Both the position numbers and the translations under genes were made by a program. DNA of 64,000 nucleotides, from NCBI GenBank assembly GCA_963795855.1, contig CAWCIZ010000001.1, positions 416,001 through 480,000 on the forward strand. Direction: 5' to 3'. Source of the DNA: Vulcanimicrobiota bacterium. GTDB taxonomy: Bacteria; Vulcanimicrobiota; Vulcanimicrobiia; Vulcanimicrobiales; Vulcanimicrobiaceae. Below, one piece after another: positions 41,168 to 51,041 of the stretch (positions are counted from its first letter, which is position 1; every line of letters begins with the position of its first letter). Below the pieces are notes generated by a model that was not told where the DNA came from, made no database searches, and saw nothing but the letters and a program-made list of their open reading frames with translations.

Positions 41168-42255
41168 GCCTTCGAGAGCGCGCGCAATTGTTCCGAGTCC
41201 AAGGAACACCCGCGCAGCTCCGCGCCGCTCTCGCGGCCGATGAGGATGATTCCATCGCCGGAGGCGACGCCCAAGTCCCCGGTTTGAACGGCAATGCACG
41301 ACGACCGGTTGCCTAGGTCGACGTGGACGAGCGAACCGACGATTCCCTCCGGGAGCGTTTTCCCATCCGGTCCGACGACGCGCGCGCGCAGCCACGGCGG
41401 CGGCACCTTGACGCGCGGCTCTTTCGCATCCCCGGTGCGATCGTAATACTGACTCGTCAATTCCGTCATGCCGTATTCGGCGACGATGCGCTCGAACGGA
41501 ACATTGAAAAGGCGCGCGAGTTGCGCGTAGAGTTCGCCGCGTTCGACGACTCGCGTGCGTCCTTTGAATCCGCCGGTTTCCATGATACGCGATCCGGCGG
41601 CGAGCGGAAGCGTCGCGATCCCGCGGTCCGCTAATTCGTCGAGAAGGTTGACGAATGCGAAGGCCGTGCCTGCGACGCAAACTGCAGCGGAAACACTCCG
41701 CGCTTCCATGATGAAGCGGTCCGCATGCAGCACATCGCCGTCCAAATACCACCCGTCGTTTCCGTCGCCGAAAGTTTGAGAGACCTTACGCATCATGTAT
41801 CCGAGCGAGGACTGCGGCCGTTGTTCCGGGTTTGGAACCAGCAGCAGATAGCGCAGCGGCGCCGCGTCACGCAGCAGCGCGTCTTGAAAACCGGCGAGAA
41901 GCGCCGCATCGTACAGCGTTCGAGTCTCCATGTAATGCTTGCCGCCCACGCCTTGCGTCGTACCGCTGGTTTCGAACGCGAGCGCCGCGTCGGCGGGATC
42001 GAACGTACACAGAGCCGCCTCTTTGAACGCGCCGGCCGGTACGGGCGGAATCGCTTCCCAATCGCAAGGCAGTGCGTCGGGCGTTACGCCGATCGATGCG
42101 CAGTACCGTGCGTACGGCGCGTTATAACGCAGTTGATGCGCAAAGATGCGCAACGCGAGGTCGCGGAAATCGGGGACGCTGCGCCGCTCGATGCAGTGCA
42201 GAATTTCGGCATCGAGTCCATCCGCTTCGCTGCGGTACGCGTCTGGCGTACTCAC
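41164..42255 (-). CDS. LuxE-like acyl-protein synthetase
   Basis: IPPVP..FK, FETSGTT, METGGFKG, EYGMTELTSQ, QTGDLG, GR..AELRGCS (acyl-accepting Cys). Confidence 0.88.
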   Translation of the reverse strand: MSTPDAYRSEADGLDAEILHCIERRSVPDFRDLALRIFAHQLRYNAPYARYCASIGVTPDALPCDWEAIPPVPAGAFKEAALCTFDPADAALAFETSGTTQGVGGKHYMETRTLYDAALLAGFQDALLRDAAPLRYLLLVPNPEQRPQSSLGYMMRKVSQTFGDGNDGWYLDGDVLHADRFIMEARSVSAAVCVAGTAFAFVNLLDELADRGIATLPLAAGSRIMETGGFKGRTRVVERGELYAQLARLFNVPFERIVAEYGMTELTSQYYDRTGDAKEPRVKVPPPWLRARVVGPDGKTLPEGIVGSLVHVDLGNRSSCIAVQTGDLGVASGDGIILIGRESGAELRGCSLDSEQLRALSKA

Positions 42256-42738
42256 CGCGATAGCGCGCGGCGCCGGCTGGTGATGAGGCCGCTGTTCAGA
42301 CCGCTCGTTGAGAGACCGCCCGAAAGGCGAGCCCATTCCACTTTTATGCAGCGGTCGACGACGACTGCCAAACCCGCCTCGTCCGCCATGCGGATCGCCT
42401 CTTCGTTGACGATGCCGTACTGAAACCATACGGCTTTTGCGCCGGCGCCGATTGCGTCGCGAACGACGGCTACGACTTCGCTCGGTTTGCGAAACACGTC
42501 GACGATATCCGGCGCGCCCTTTTCTTGGGCGTACGCGGCCAGCGAGGCGTACGCCTTGACGCCGTCGATGCCGGTGAGCGTCGGATTGATGGGCGCGACG
42601 TCGAACGGCGTCATCGTGCGCAGATAGCTCGAACACCGTATAGCTCGGACGCAGCTGATTGGCGGATGCGCCAATCATCGCGACGGTTTTGCTGCGTTCC
42701 AAGAGATTGCGGCGTCCGGAAACGCTATCCACGATCAT
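42252..42738 (-). CDS. CoA-binding protein (YccU-like); frameshift near 42631
   Basis: VAMIGAS..RPS, PINP, DIVDVFR, VWFQ, DRCIKVE. Confidence 0.85.
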
Positions 42739-44003
42739 TGCGCGCCGCCGTTCGAGAGCGCTGCAGCCGCGCCGGCACCTTCATGCAGAGCCTTGTCGAG
42801 GTCCCAAATCAAATCGTCCGCATCCTCCAAGCCCACGGAAATCCTGACCATTCCCGGGCTGACGCCGGCTTTACGCATCTCATCGTCGGTCAGCTGGGAA
42901 TGCGTCGTGGAAGCGGGATGGATCACCAGACTCTTCGTATCGCCGACGTTGGCGAGATGCGACCACAGTTCCAGCGCGTCGATGAACCGCCGCCCCGCTT
43001 CGCGGCCGCCGCGCAAGCCGAACGTGAAGATCGACCCCATCGCGGGTTCGTTCACCCATTCCACCTCGTCGCGCGTCCGAAGAAACGCCGCGATTTTTCG
43101 CGCGTTCTCGACGTGCGCCTTCATGCGAATCGGCAGCGTTTCCAGTCCGATCAGCAGCAGCCACGCATCCATCGGAGACATTTGCGATCCGACGTCGCGC
43201 AGTACTTCCGCGCGCGCGCGCATCAAGAACGCGTACTCGCCGAACGTTTCGGTGAAGACCTTGTCATGATAACCGGGGCTCGGCTGCGAGAGCAGCGGAA
43301 ATTTTCCGCTGTCCCATGGGAACTTTCCGGATTCGACGGCGACGCCGCCGATGACGGTTCCGTGGCCCGAGATGAACTTGGTCGCGGAGTGCAGCACTAC
43401 GTCGGCGCCGTGTTCGATCGGCCGGAAAAGCGCGGGGGACGCGAACGTGTTGTCGACGACGAGCGGAATGCCGGCAGCGTGCGCGATCTGGGCAAGGCGG
43501 CCCACGTCGGCCAGCGCGCCCGACGGATTGCCGATCGTTTCCGCAAAGAGCATCTTCGTGTTCGGCGCGATCGCGGCGCGAATGCCGTCGTAGTCGTCGA
43601 CGGGCACGAACGTCGTCTCGATGCCCATGCGTTTGAGCGTGATGCCGAATTGCGTTACCGTGCCGCCGTAAACGTTTTGCGAACTGACGATGTGGTCGCC
43701 GTTTTGCGCGAGCGTCAGCACGACGGCGAGCTGCGCCGCGAGTCCGCTCGAAAAAGCGATCGCGCCGAGGCCGCCTTCCAAACTCGCGACCCGTTCCTCG
43801 AACGAGGCGACGGTCGGATTGCTGATGCGGCTATAGATGTGCCCATAGCTGCGCAACTGAAAGAGCTCGGCCGCCTGCTCGGTCGAACCGAAGACGAAAG
43901 CCGCCGTCTGATAAATTGGAGGGACGCGCGACCCCGTCACGGGATCGGGCGTCGTACCCGCGTGAATGGCGCGCGTGGAGAAGCCGAACTGCCGGTCTTG
44001 CAT
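42735..44003 (-). CDS. metY: O-acetylhomoserine sulfhydrylase (aminocarboxypropyltransferase)
   Basis: PIYQT, YSRISNPT, VDNT, HSATKFISGHG, HLANVGD..HPASTTHSQL. Confidence 0.9.
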   Translation of the reverse strand: MQDRQFGFSTRAIHAGTTPDPVTGSRVPPIYQTAAFVFGSTEQAAELFQLRSYGHIYSRISNPTVASFEERVASLEGGLGAIAFSSGLAAQLAVVLTLAQNGDHIVSSQNVYGGTVTQFGITLKRMGIETTFVPVDDYDGIRAAIAPNTKMLFAETIGNPSGALADVGRLAQIAHAAGIPLVVDNTFASPALFRPIEHGADVVLHSATKFISGHGTVIGGVAVESGKFPWDSGKFPLLSQPSPGYHDKVFTETFGEYAFLMRARAEVLRDVGSQMSPMDAWLLLIGLETLPIRMKAHVENARKIAAFLRTRDEVEWVNEPAMGSIFTFGLRGGREAGRRFIDALELWSHLANVGDTKSLVIHPASTTHSQLTDDEMRKAGVSPGMVRISVGLEDADDLIWDLDKALHEGAGAAAALSNGGAQ

Positions 44004-44065
44004 GGTCGCGCGTTCTTCGACTCGAAGGCGTGCGTACCCCAGGTTTCAACACAGGAGATGCAGTT

Positions 44066-45349
44066 ATGGGCATGACCCTGACCGAGAAGATCCTCGCGCG
44101 CCACGCGGGGCTGACTTCGGTCGAGCCGGGCCAGATCATCAACGCCGGAGTGGATTTGGTGCTCGCCAACGAGCTTTCCGCGGCGGTGGCGATCGGTGTG
44201 ATGCGCAACATCAAAGGCGCGAAGCGTGTTTTCGACTCGGAAAAGATTGCGCTCGTGGAAGACCATTTCGTTCCGGCGAAGGACGCGCAGTCGGCGAAAA
44301 TTGCGAAACTGATGAAAGACTTCGCGCGCGAGCAAAACATCAAGCACTTCTTCGACGTCGGCCGCGGGGGCATCGAACACGTCGTGCTTCCGGAGGAAGG
44401 GCTCGTCGCTCCGGGCGAGCTGATCGTGGGCGGCGACTCGCACACGTGCACGTACGGCGCCTTCGGCGCGTTCGCGACGGGCATGGGGTCGACCGACATC
44501 GCCGCTGCGTTCCTCTTGGGTGAAGTGTGGCTGAAAGTGCCGGCGACGATCAAACTGATCTACAACGGCCGGCTCGGCGAGATGGTCTACGCGAAAGACG
44601 TGATGCTAAAAACGGTCGGCGTGCTCGGTATCGACGGCGCGACGTATCGTGCAATCGAGTACCACGGCAGCACCGTCGACGAGCTTTCCATCACCGGTCG
44701 CATCACGATGGCGAACATGGCGATCGAAGCGGGAGCGAAGAACGGCATCTTCCATGCCGATGCGAAAACGATTGCGTTCGTCAAGGAGCGTACGAGCCGC
44801 GATTTCGTCGTCGAACGCGCGGATGACGATGCGGTCTACGAGCGCACCGTCGAGATCGACGTCGACGGGCTCGAGCCGCAGGTAGCGTGCCCGCACACGC
44901 CGGACAACGTGCATTCGATCTCCGAGGTCACGAACGAGCGCGTCCCGCTGGATCAAGTTTTCATCGGCTCGTGCACCAACGGGTACATCGAAGATCTCCG
45001 CGTCGTCGCAAAGATGTTCGACGGTAAGAAGATTTCGCCGAACCTGCGCGTGATCGTGAACCCGGGCTCGCAAAAAGTCTGGATGCAAGCCGCGCAGGAA
45101 GGCATCCTCACCACGCTGGCATCGGCGGGGTGTGTAGTGAACACGCCCGGATGCGGCGCGTGCTTCGGCGGCCATATGGGCACGCTGGGCGACGGCGAGC
45201 GGTGCATTTCGACGACGAACCGCAATTACGTCGGACGCATGGGATCTCCGAAAGCCGAAGTCTTTCTCGCGTCGCCCGCTACGTGCGCCGCATCGGCTTT
45301 GGCCGGCGTCATTACCGATCCGCGCACGCTGGCTCCGGTGGGGGTGTAA
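44066..45349 (+). CDS. leuC: 3-isopropylmalate dehydratase / homoaconitase-family large subunit
   Basis: DHF, DSHTCT, GSCTNG, CGACFG, STTNRN..GRMG; AGGAG SD. Substrate not certain. Confidence 0.85.
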   Translation: MGMTLTEKILARHAGLTSVEPGQIINAGVDLVLANELSAAVAIGVMRNIKGAKRVFDSEKIALVEDHFVPAKDAQSAKIAKLMKDFAREQNIKHFFDVGRGGIEHVVLPEEGLVAPGELIVGGDSHTCTYGAFGAFATGMGSTDIAAAFLLGEVWLKVPATIKLIYNGRLGEMVYAKDVMLKTVGVLGIDGATYRAIEYHGSTVDELSITGRITMANMAIEAGAKNGIFHADAKTIAFVKERTSRDFVVERADDDAVYERTVEIDVDGLEPQVACPHTPDNVHSISEVTNERVPLDQVFIGSCTNGYIEDLRVVAKMFDGKKISPNLRVIVNPGSQKVWMQAAQEGILTTLASAGCVVNTPGCGACFGGHMGTLGDGERCISTTNRNYVGRMGSPKAEVFLASPATCAASALAGVITDPRTLAPVGV

Positions 45350-45351
45350 CC

Positions 45352-45864
45352 GTGGAAAAATCGATGAAAGGCCACGCGCACAAATACGGCAAGAACGTCG
45401 ACACGGACGTCATCATCCCGGGCAAATACTGCAACATCATCGATCCTGCCGAACTCGGCAAGCACGCACTCGAGGGACTCGACGCCGACTACACGGCGAA
45501 AATGAAGCCCGGCGACATCATCGTCGCCGACTCGAACTTCGGATGCGGCTCCAGCCGAGAGGTCGCGCCGATTGCGATCAAAGGGTCCGGAACGTCGGCG
45601 GTCATCGCGAAAAGTTTTGCGCGCATTTTTTACCGGAACGCGCTGAACATCGGTTTGCCGATCTTCGAATCGCCGGAAGCCGTCGACGGTATCGAAAGCG
45701 GTGATGAAATCGAAGTCGAGCCCGCCGGCGGCGTGATTCGCAATCTCACGAAAGGCACGACTTATAACGCGGCAGCGTTTCCTCCGTTCATGCAGTCGCT
45801 GATCGAGGCCGGAGGATTGCAGCCGTACGTGGAGCGGCGCCTGGCGGAGCGCGCCCGTGTGTGA
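45352..45864 (+). CDS. leuD: 3-isopropylmalate dehydratase / homoaconitase-family small subunit
   Basis: [27 protein letters not shown]. Confidence 0.85.
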   Translation: MEKSMKGHAHKYGKNVDTDVIIPGKYCNIIDPAELGKHALEGLDADYTAKMKPGDIIVADSNFGCGSSREVAPIAIKGSGTSAVIAKSFARIFYRNALNIGLPIFESPEAVDGIESGDEIEVEPAGGVIRNLTKGTTYNAAAFPPFMQSLIEAGGLQPYVERRLAERARV

Positions 45865-45970
45865 AGCGTGTCCTCGCGGCACGCGCTGTGGTGACGCTGC
45901 GCGATAGACTACGTCATTCGCGAAGCGAGTTCGCGTATGACGGCGCTCACGAAGGAGCCGTGACCTTCGC

Positions 45971-46495
45971 TTAGGGTGTGCCGCCGATACCGGGATTGGG
46001 ACTTAGATTGTCGATCCACTTGTACTTCGGCCGGTAAGCCGCCGTGAATCCGACTGTGTCTTTCGCCGAATCGATCGTACCGGCCATATCCATCGCGCTC
46101 TCGACGTTCGCGCTGAACACCAGCGCGCTTCCATCGGACATGGACACCACGAGGTGCACGTCCTTGCCGTCCACCGTTCCGGTGAGCGGATACCTCTTGC
46201 CTTTCGCATCGAGGTACTGACCGGTCAGCGCGCTGCCTTTTTGATCGAGCTTGAAATGCGTGTACACAGTCGAGGCCGGCTGCTGGATCTGCACTTCCCA
46301 CACGCCTGAAATTCCGACGCGTTTATCGTCCGCGTCCTTCGGGGGCGCCGGCGTAGCCGTTGCCTTTACCGCGGGTGTCGCGGTCGGCATCGGGAGCGAC
46401 GAAGGCATGGTTTGCGCGGCGACGAGCCCGTAGGCCGTCTGCGCCAAGCCGACGGCGATGGCAGCGGACGCCACGGAAAGGAAGAGGCGCTTCAC
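45971..46495 (-). CDS. secreted hypothetical protein
   Basis: AAGGAG SD, signal peptide, Pro/Thr linker, beta-rich domain (ISGVWEV). Confidence 0.7.
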   Translation of the reverse strand: MKRLFLSVASAAIAVGLAQTAYGLVAAQTMPSSLPMPTATPAVKATATPAPPKDADDKRVGISGVWEVQIQQPASTVYTHFKLDQKGSALTGQYLDAKGKRYPLTGTVDGKDVHLVVSMSDGSALVFSANVESAMDMAGTIDSAKDTVGFTAAYRPKYKWIDNLSPNPGIGGTP

Positions 46496-46526
46496 GGTAG
46501 ATGGATACTCCTTTTGACCGGGTGTA

Positions 46527-47069
46527 CTACGATGCGGATGGCGCCGGTTCCGGCGAGGGGCTCGCTTGACCGGAGGGCGTATCGGACGGGATGCGCCGCG
46601 GCTCGTTCTGCAGCAGCGGAATACGATGCGGTGCAACGCCGTGGAACTGCAGAAGCGCAGCGACCTTGTGCGCATCGGCGGCCAGCGCAATCGTGAATCC
46701 GCCGCCGGGGCACTCGAGATCCGATGACGTCCACCCATGGTAACGCACCACCGTGCTCGTGCCGAACGAGGCGCTCTTCTCGCATGGCCGAGCGATTTCG
46801 CGATTCGCTCGGGCTTGTTTCGCATCGTTCAAGAAACGCTGCGCGAGCGCTTGCGGTATATGGCCGGCGACGGGCGAGTCGAGTGCTATTCCGCCGCGTC
46901 GCGAGTGTACGGCCGATGTCGATCCGTCCGACCACACTTTGATCGTATAACCGGAAAAGTTCGTCGATCCGGTGTTTTGAATGATCCCGCCGTCACGCAT
47001 CGGCGCGGCGCTTGCAGCCGCCAAACCAAGCGTCAGCGCCGTGAAAACGGCCGCTACCTGTCGTTTCAT
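46527..47069 (-). CDS. secreted hypothetical protein
   Basis: Signal peptide MKRQVAAVF..ASA; NTGSTN and SASFGT motifs with a Cys pair. Confidence 0.7.
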   Translation of the reverse strand: MKRQVAAVFTALTLGLAAASAAPMRDGGIIQNTGSTNFSGYTIKVWSDGSTSAVHSRRGGIALDSPVAGHIPQALAQRFLNDAKQARANREIARPCEKSASFGTSTVVRYHGWTSSDLECPGGGFTIALAADAHKVAALLQFHGVAPHRIPLLQNEPRRIPSDTPSGQASPSPEPAPSAS

Positions 47070-47188
47070 GTCCAGTGAACGAACCCCCGAGTGCAAATGT
47101 TGCGCTCTTCACAATTCGACGGCATGGCCGGAACATACCGGTTCAGAAGAACTATGGTGCACTACTGCGACACGTTGAGGAGTTTCCT

Positions 47189-48568
47189 TTGAGAACCCGT
47201 CTCTTAGCGATTGGGCTGGCTGCCATATCGGCGGCCCTCGTTGCTTGTGGGGGCGGCGGCGGTACCACCGGCACGCCGCCAACGCCCGTAGCGACCGCGA
47301 CTCCGACTCCGACACCCGCGCCCACGCCTGACAACGCGTTCGGCTGCGTCGGCCAAGCGCCATTCGCCATCTCGCGGCGCACCAGCAGCCTCGTGCCGCG
47401 GCCAATAACTTCCGGCGACTCCTTCGCCTACGCCGGGTCCCTTCAGGAAACGTACGCTCAGAGTTCGCCGTGCCCCGAGCCGACGTCGACCTCGGCGGCG
47501 GCCGTTTCCATGCAAGTGACGGATTCGGCGACGAGCGCGCCCGGCGGCGGCAGCGCAACGGCTTCGACCTCCGCTGAAACGGACGCGTTCGCCACACACA
47601 CGAGCGATTCGTCGACGACGCAGCTGCTGCAGCTCAGCGGCAGCGCGCTGCTGCTCTACTCCACGAATTCCAACGACGGTACGGGAAACTCGATCGCAAC
47701 TGCGTACGGCACGCCGCAAGAGATCGACGACCTTGGCGCGGGCGGGTCGTGGAGCAACAACCCGGCGGCCACCGTCGCGGAAAGCCTTTCGGACGGGAGT
47801 TCGATTGCGCGCACGCTCGCCTCCGACGGATCGTACACCGACACGCAAACCTACTCGAACGGCGCGACGGCGGTAGCCACGGTGAACGGCGCTGCGAACG
47901 GCAAGCCGCTCGACGGATCCGGCACGTACGTCTTCGCCGGCATAACGTTTTCGTACGCGGCGCCCGCCGGCGGGAACATCCAACTCACGATTTCGAGCCC
48001 CGGAAACGCCTCGAAAACGCGCACCTTCCCGGCATGGTTTACGAAACCGTCGTCGAGCTACGTGAGCGACGCGTTCGCGGACAATGGAACCAAGCCGTTC
48101 GATCCGTCGTGCGGCAGCGTCCCCGCATCGATTGGAACGAGCGGAACGCAGATCGTCGAGACGTACAACGTCCTCGATCCCGTCCTTGGTTACACCGAAA
48201 CGCGCACGACGACGTCGTACGACGTGTCGGGATACGGCCCGGCTTGCGTCACGATCGCGGACGTCGTGAACTCGTTTTACGATTACTCGGACGACACGAC
48301 GCGCGTGGATTACCAATCCCAAAACGGCCAGCCGAACTCGGTCGATACGATCGCCGAAACGCTGAGCATGCAGAGTGCGGCTTGCGGCAGCGGATCTGCG
48401 CCTTGCGCGCAGCTGCGCCGGGCCGAAGATACGCGGCCGGTTTCTCCCGGCGCGATCCGAGCCGCCGTGGCGGCCATCGAGCATACGCGCGCCGTGCAGC
48501 GCGCGGCACGTCTGCAAGCGCTGCACGCGCTCGCACGGCAATTCGTCCAGAAAGGATCGCTCCGATGA
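47189..48568 (+). CDS. Ser/Thr-rich lipoprotein of unknown function
   Basis: GAGGAG SD, TTG start, lipobox LVAC, PT linker; ATGA overlap with the S53 gene. Confidence 0.75.
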   Translation: MRTRLLAIGLAAISAALVACGGGGGTTGTPPTPVATATPTPTPAPTPDNAFGCVGQAPFAISRRTSSLVPRPITSGDSFAYAGSLQETYAQSSPCPEPTSTSAAAVSMQVTDSATSAPGGGSATASTSAETDAFATHTSDSSTTQLLQLSGSALLLYSTNSNDGTGNSIATAYGTPQEIDDLGAGGSWSNNPAATVAESLSDGSSIARTLASDGSYTDTQTYSNGATAVATVNGAANGKPLDGSGTYVFAGITFSYAAPAGGNIQLTISSPGNASKTRTFPAWFTKPSSSYVSDAFADNGTKPFDPSCGSVPASIGTSGTQIVETYNVLDPVLGYTETRTTTSYDVSGYGPACVTIADVVNSFYDYSDDTTRVDYQSQNGQPNSVDTIAETLSMQSAACGSGSAPCAQLRRAEDTRPVSPGAIRAAVAAIEHTRAVQRAARLQALHALARQFVQKGSLR

Positions 48569-50725
48569 ACAAGCGATTGATCGCAGCGGGCGCAGCGATG
48601 GCGCTTTTGGCGACCGCCGCTTGCGGCGGACACGGCGGAACGCCGTCGGACTCGCAGTTGCCGCCCCTCGCCGGCTCGAGCGGTCCTTCCGCATTCGATT
48701 GGGGCAAGAACGAAGTCGACGGTGCGACCCTTCTCGGTCCCGCGCAACTCGCGCACATGCAGGCGATGGTCGTGATGAACGCTCCCGGTGCGCAGGCTCT
48801 CGCGAATTACGCGCAGCAGGTCAGCGATCCGGCGTCGCCGGCGTATCGTCACTATCTCATCCCGGCCGAAATCGGCGCGCGCTTCGGCGCGAGCTCGCAA
48901 ACCTACCAAAAGATCGCAAATTATTTCGTCGGTAACGGCTTGCGCGTTGCCGGGTGGCCGCAGCGCCTTTCGATGAGCGTTGCCGGTTCGCAATCCGCGA
49001 TGGAATCCGCCTTCGGAACCAAGTTTGGGTTGTACGAAAAGGACGGACAGCACTTCGTCGCGCCCATGACGACGCCGCATTTCGCGACGGCGTTGCCGGT
49101 GAGCGCCGTGGAGAATCTCGTCACGCTGCATCCGCTGCATGACTTCTTGATTCACTTGCCCCCACGCGCCGGAGCCGGAACGAATACCGGATACTCGCCG
49201 CAGCAGATCCGTAACGCATTCGACTTTTCCGGCGCTTACAGCGCCGGCTACACCGGCAGCGGCATCACCGTCGGCATCATCGGCACCGGCCCAATCGACG
49301 TCAATCGCGGCACCTGGTGCGGCGATCGCGATCTCGCGGCATTGCAGGCGTTGTACGGCAACGTGAGTGCCGCTACCGTTTGCGAAGCCAACGTTACCCC
49401 GACGAGCGTCTCCGCGGGACTCGTCGCCTCGGGGATTCCAACCGCAGCTCCGGCAACGCCGAATCCGCATGCGACGCCTGCGCCCAATCCCGGCCAATCG
49501 CCGACGTCCGAGTTTCCATACTCGGGCGACTTCACGACACCGCCGCCGGTAACGGACGGATGCACCGGCTCGCTGCCGAGTTGCAATCCGGAAGACGGCG
49601 AAGCGCAGCTCGACACGCAGCAAATAGCAACGCTCGCGCCCAGTTCGACCGTAAACTTTTACCTCGCTTATAACGCATCGGACTGCTTCGTGTTCTATCC
49701 GAACGCGTGCGCCTCGCCGGCGCCGAGTCCGCTTCCGTCCGGTTTCTCGAACTACGGTCAGCCGCAAATCGGCATCGTCGAAGCCGATGCGGAGATCCAG
49801 CAAGCAATTGCCGACAACAGTGCGGACGTGGTTTCGTTGAGTTACGGCGGCGGCGAACCGCAGCTCGTCGGCTCCGAATTCAACTCGTCGGGCGTTGGTT
49901 TCGTCCCTGAAGAATTTGCGGCACTCGCGGCGGAAGGCATCGCCGTTTTCATTTCATCCGGCGACAGCGGCTCCGCGGAATGTTCCGGAAGCAGCGGTCC
50001 GCTCGCGGAACAATGCGCGGCATACCCTTCGGGCGACGTCAACGTGACGTCCGTTGGCGGGGTGAATGCGCCGATCAACGAGTTCGGGCAGACTCACGAA
50101 TAACGTGACGGCATGGGGCGTGACGACGATGCTGGGATCGGCGGGATCCGGGGGCGGCGTTTCGACGATCTTCCATGCTCCGTCGTGGCAACAGCAGGCC
50201 GTCGGCGCTTCGATGCGCACGCAGCCCGACGTGTCGATGCTGGGCGACCCTGACACCGGAGTAACGACGTACCAGGACGCCGGTTTCTCGGACGGCGGCA
50301 CGGGCCTGGTCGGCGGAACCAGCCTTTCCGCGCCGCAGATGGCTGCGATGTGGGCGCTGGTGCTGCAGGCCTGCAAAGCGTCGGTAACTTGCGCGACGGC
50401 GGGCGGCGCGCATCCATATCGCCTCGGCAATGCCGCGCCGTACCTCTACGCAATCTACTCATCGCGCGTGGCGTACCACGCGTTCACACCGCATCTTTCG
50501 TATGCGCAGACGTTCTACGACGTGCTGTACGGCTCAAACGCGATGACGCCCCCGGGCAGCGCCACGCCGGTGCCGGGAGAGAAGGCGATGACCGGATACG
50601 ACGAGGTCACCGGCGTGGGCGTTCCGTTTGCGGGGCACCTCATTCAAGCGGTGACCGGGCAGGTCGCGCCGTCACTCCGGCAAGCGGCGGCCCTTGCCAC
50701 GGCTGCTATAATGGAACGGCTGTGA
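48565..50725 (+). CDS. S53 sedolisin/kumamolisin-type protease lipoprotein; frameshift near 50087
   Basis: Lipobox TAAC, pro-domain ([12 protein letters not shown]), [27 protein letters not shown]. Confidence 0.88.
50704..50712 (+). promoter_or_regulatory. extended -10 promoter of rpmE
   Basis: Consensus TGCTATAAT 9 nt before the GTG. Confidence 0.65.
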
Positions 50726-50988
50726 AAGAGAAGATTCATCCCAAGTGGTTCCCGGAGGCGAAGGTTCACTGCGCCTGCGGCAACACTTTTACGACCGGTT
50801 CGACCATGCCCGAGATTGCCGTCGAGATCTGTTCGGCGTGCCATCCGCTGTTCACCGGCCAGCAGAAGTTCGTCGATACGGCAGGCCGCGTCGACAAGTT
50901 TCGCCAGCGCGAAGAGATCGCCAAAAAGAAGCAGCAAGAGGCTGCGGCTCGCAAGGCCAAGCGGGAAGCCGACAAAGTCGAAGCTTAA
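50722..50988 (+). CDS. rpmE: 50S ribosomal protein L31 (zinc-binding form)
   Basis: [27 protein letters not shown]. Confidence 0.95.
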   Translation: MKEKIHPKWFPEAKVHCACGNTFTTGSTMPEIAVEICSACHPLFTGQQKFVDTAGRVDKFRQREEIAKKKQQEAAARKAKREADKVEA

Positions 50989-51005
50989 CGCGTTAGGAGT
51001 ATTCG

Positions 51006-51037
51006 AAAGCGGGCCCATTGGGCTCGCTTTTGCTTTT
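51006..51037 (+). terminator. Rho-independent terminator after rpmE
   Basis: AAAGCGGGCCC-ATT-GGGCTCGCTTT followed by TGCTTTT. Confidence 0.75.
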
Positions 51038-51041
51038 CGTC

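Noticed and set aside
39937..42255. Bioluminescence operon
   Set aside because: No luxA, luxB, luxD or luxG in the window.
41164..42738. CoA-binding/LuxE fusion protein (524-aa ORF)
   Set aside because: Created by the 42631 frameshift; the CoA-binding gene has its own stop overlapping the luxE GTG.
44004..44065. SAM riboswitch or leucine attenuator between metY and leuC
   Set aside because: Only 62 bp, one hairpin, no recognisable aptamer or Leu-rich leader.
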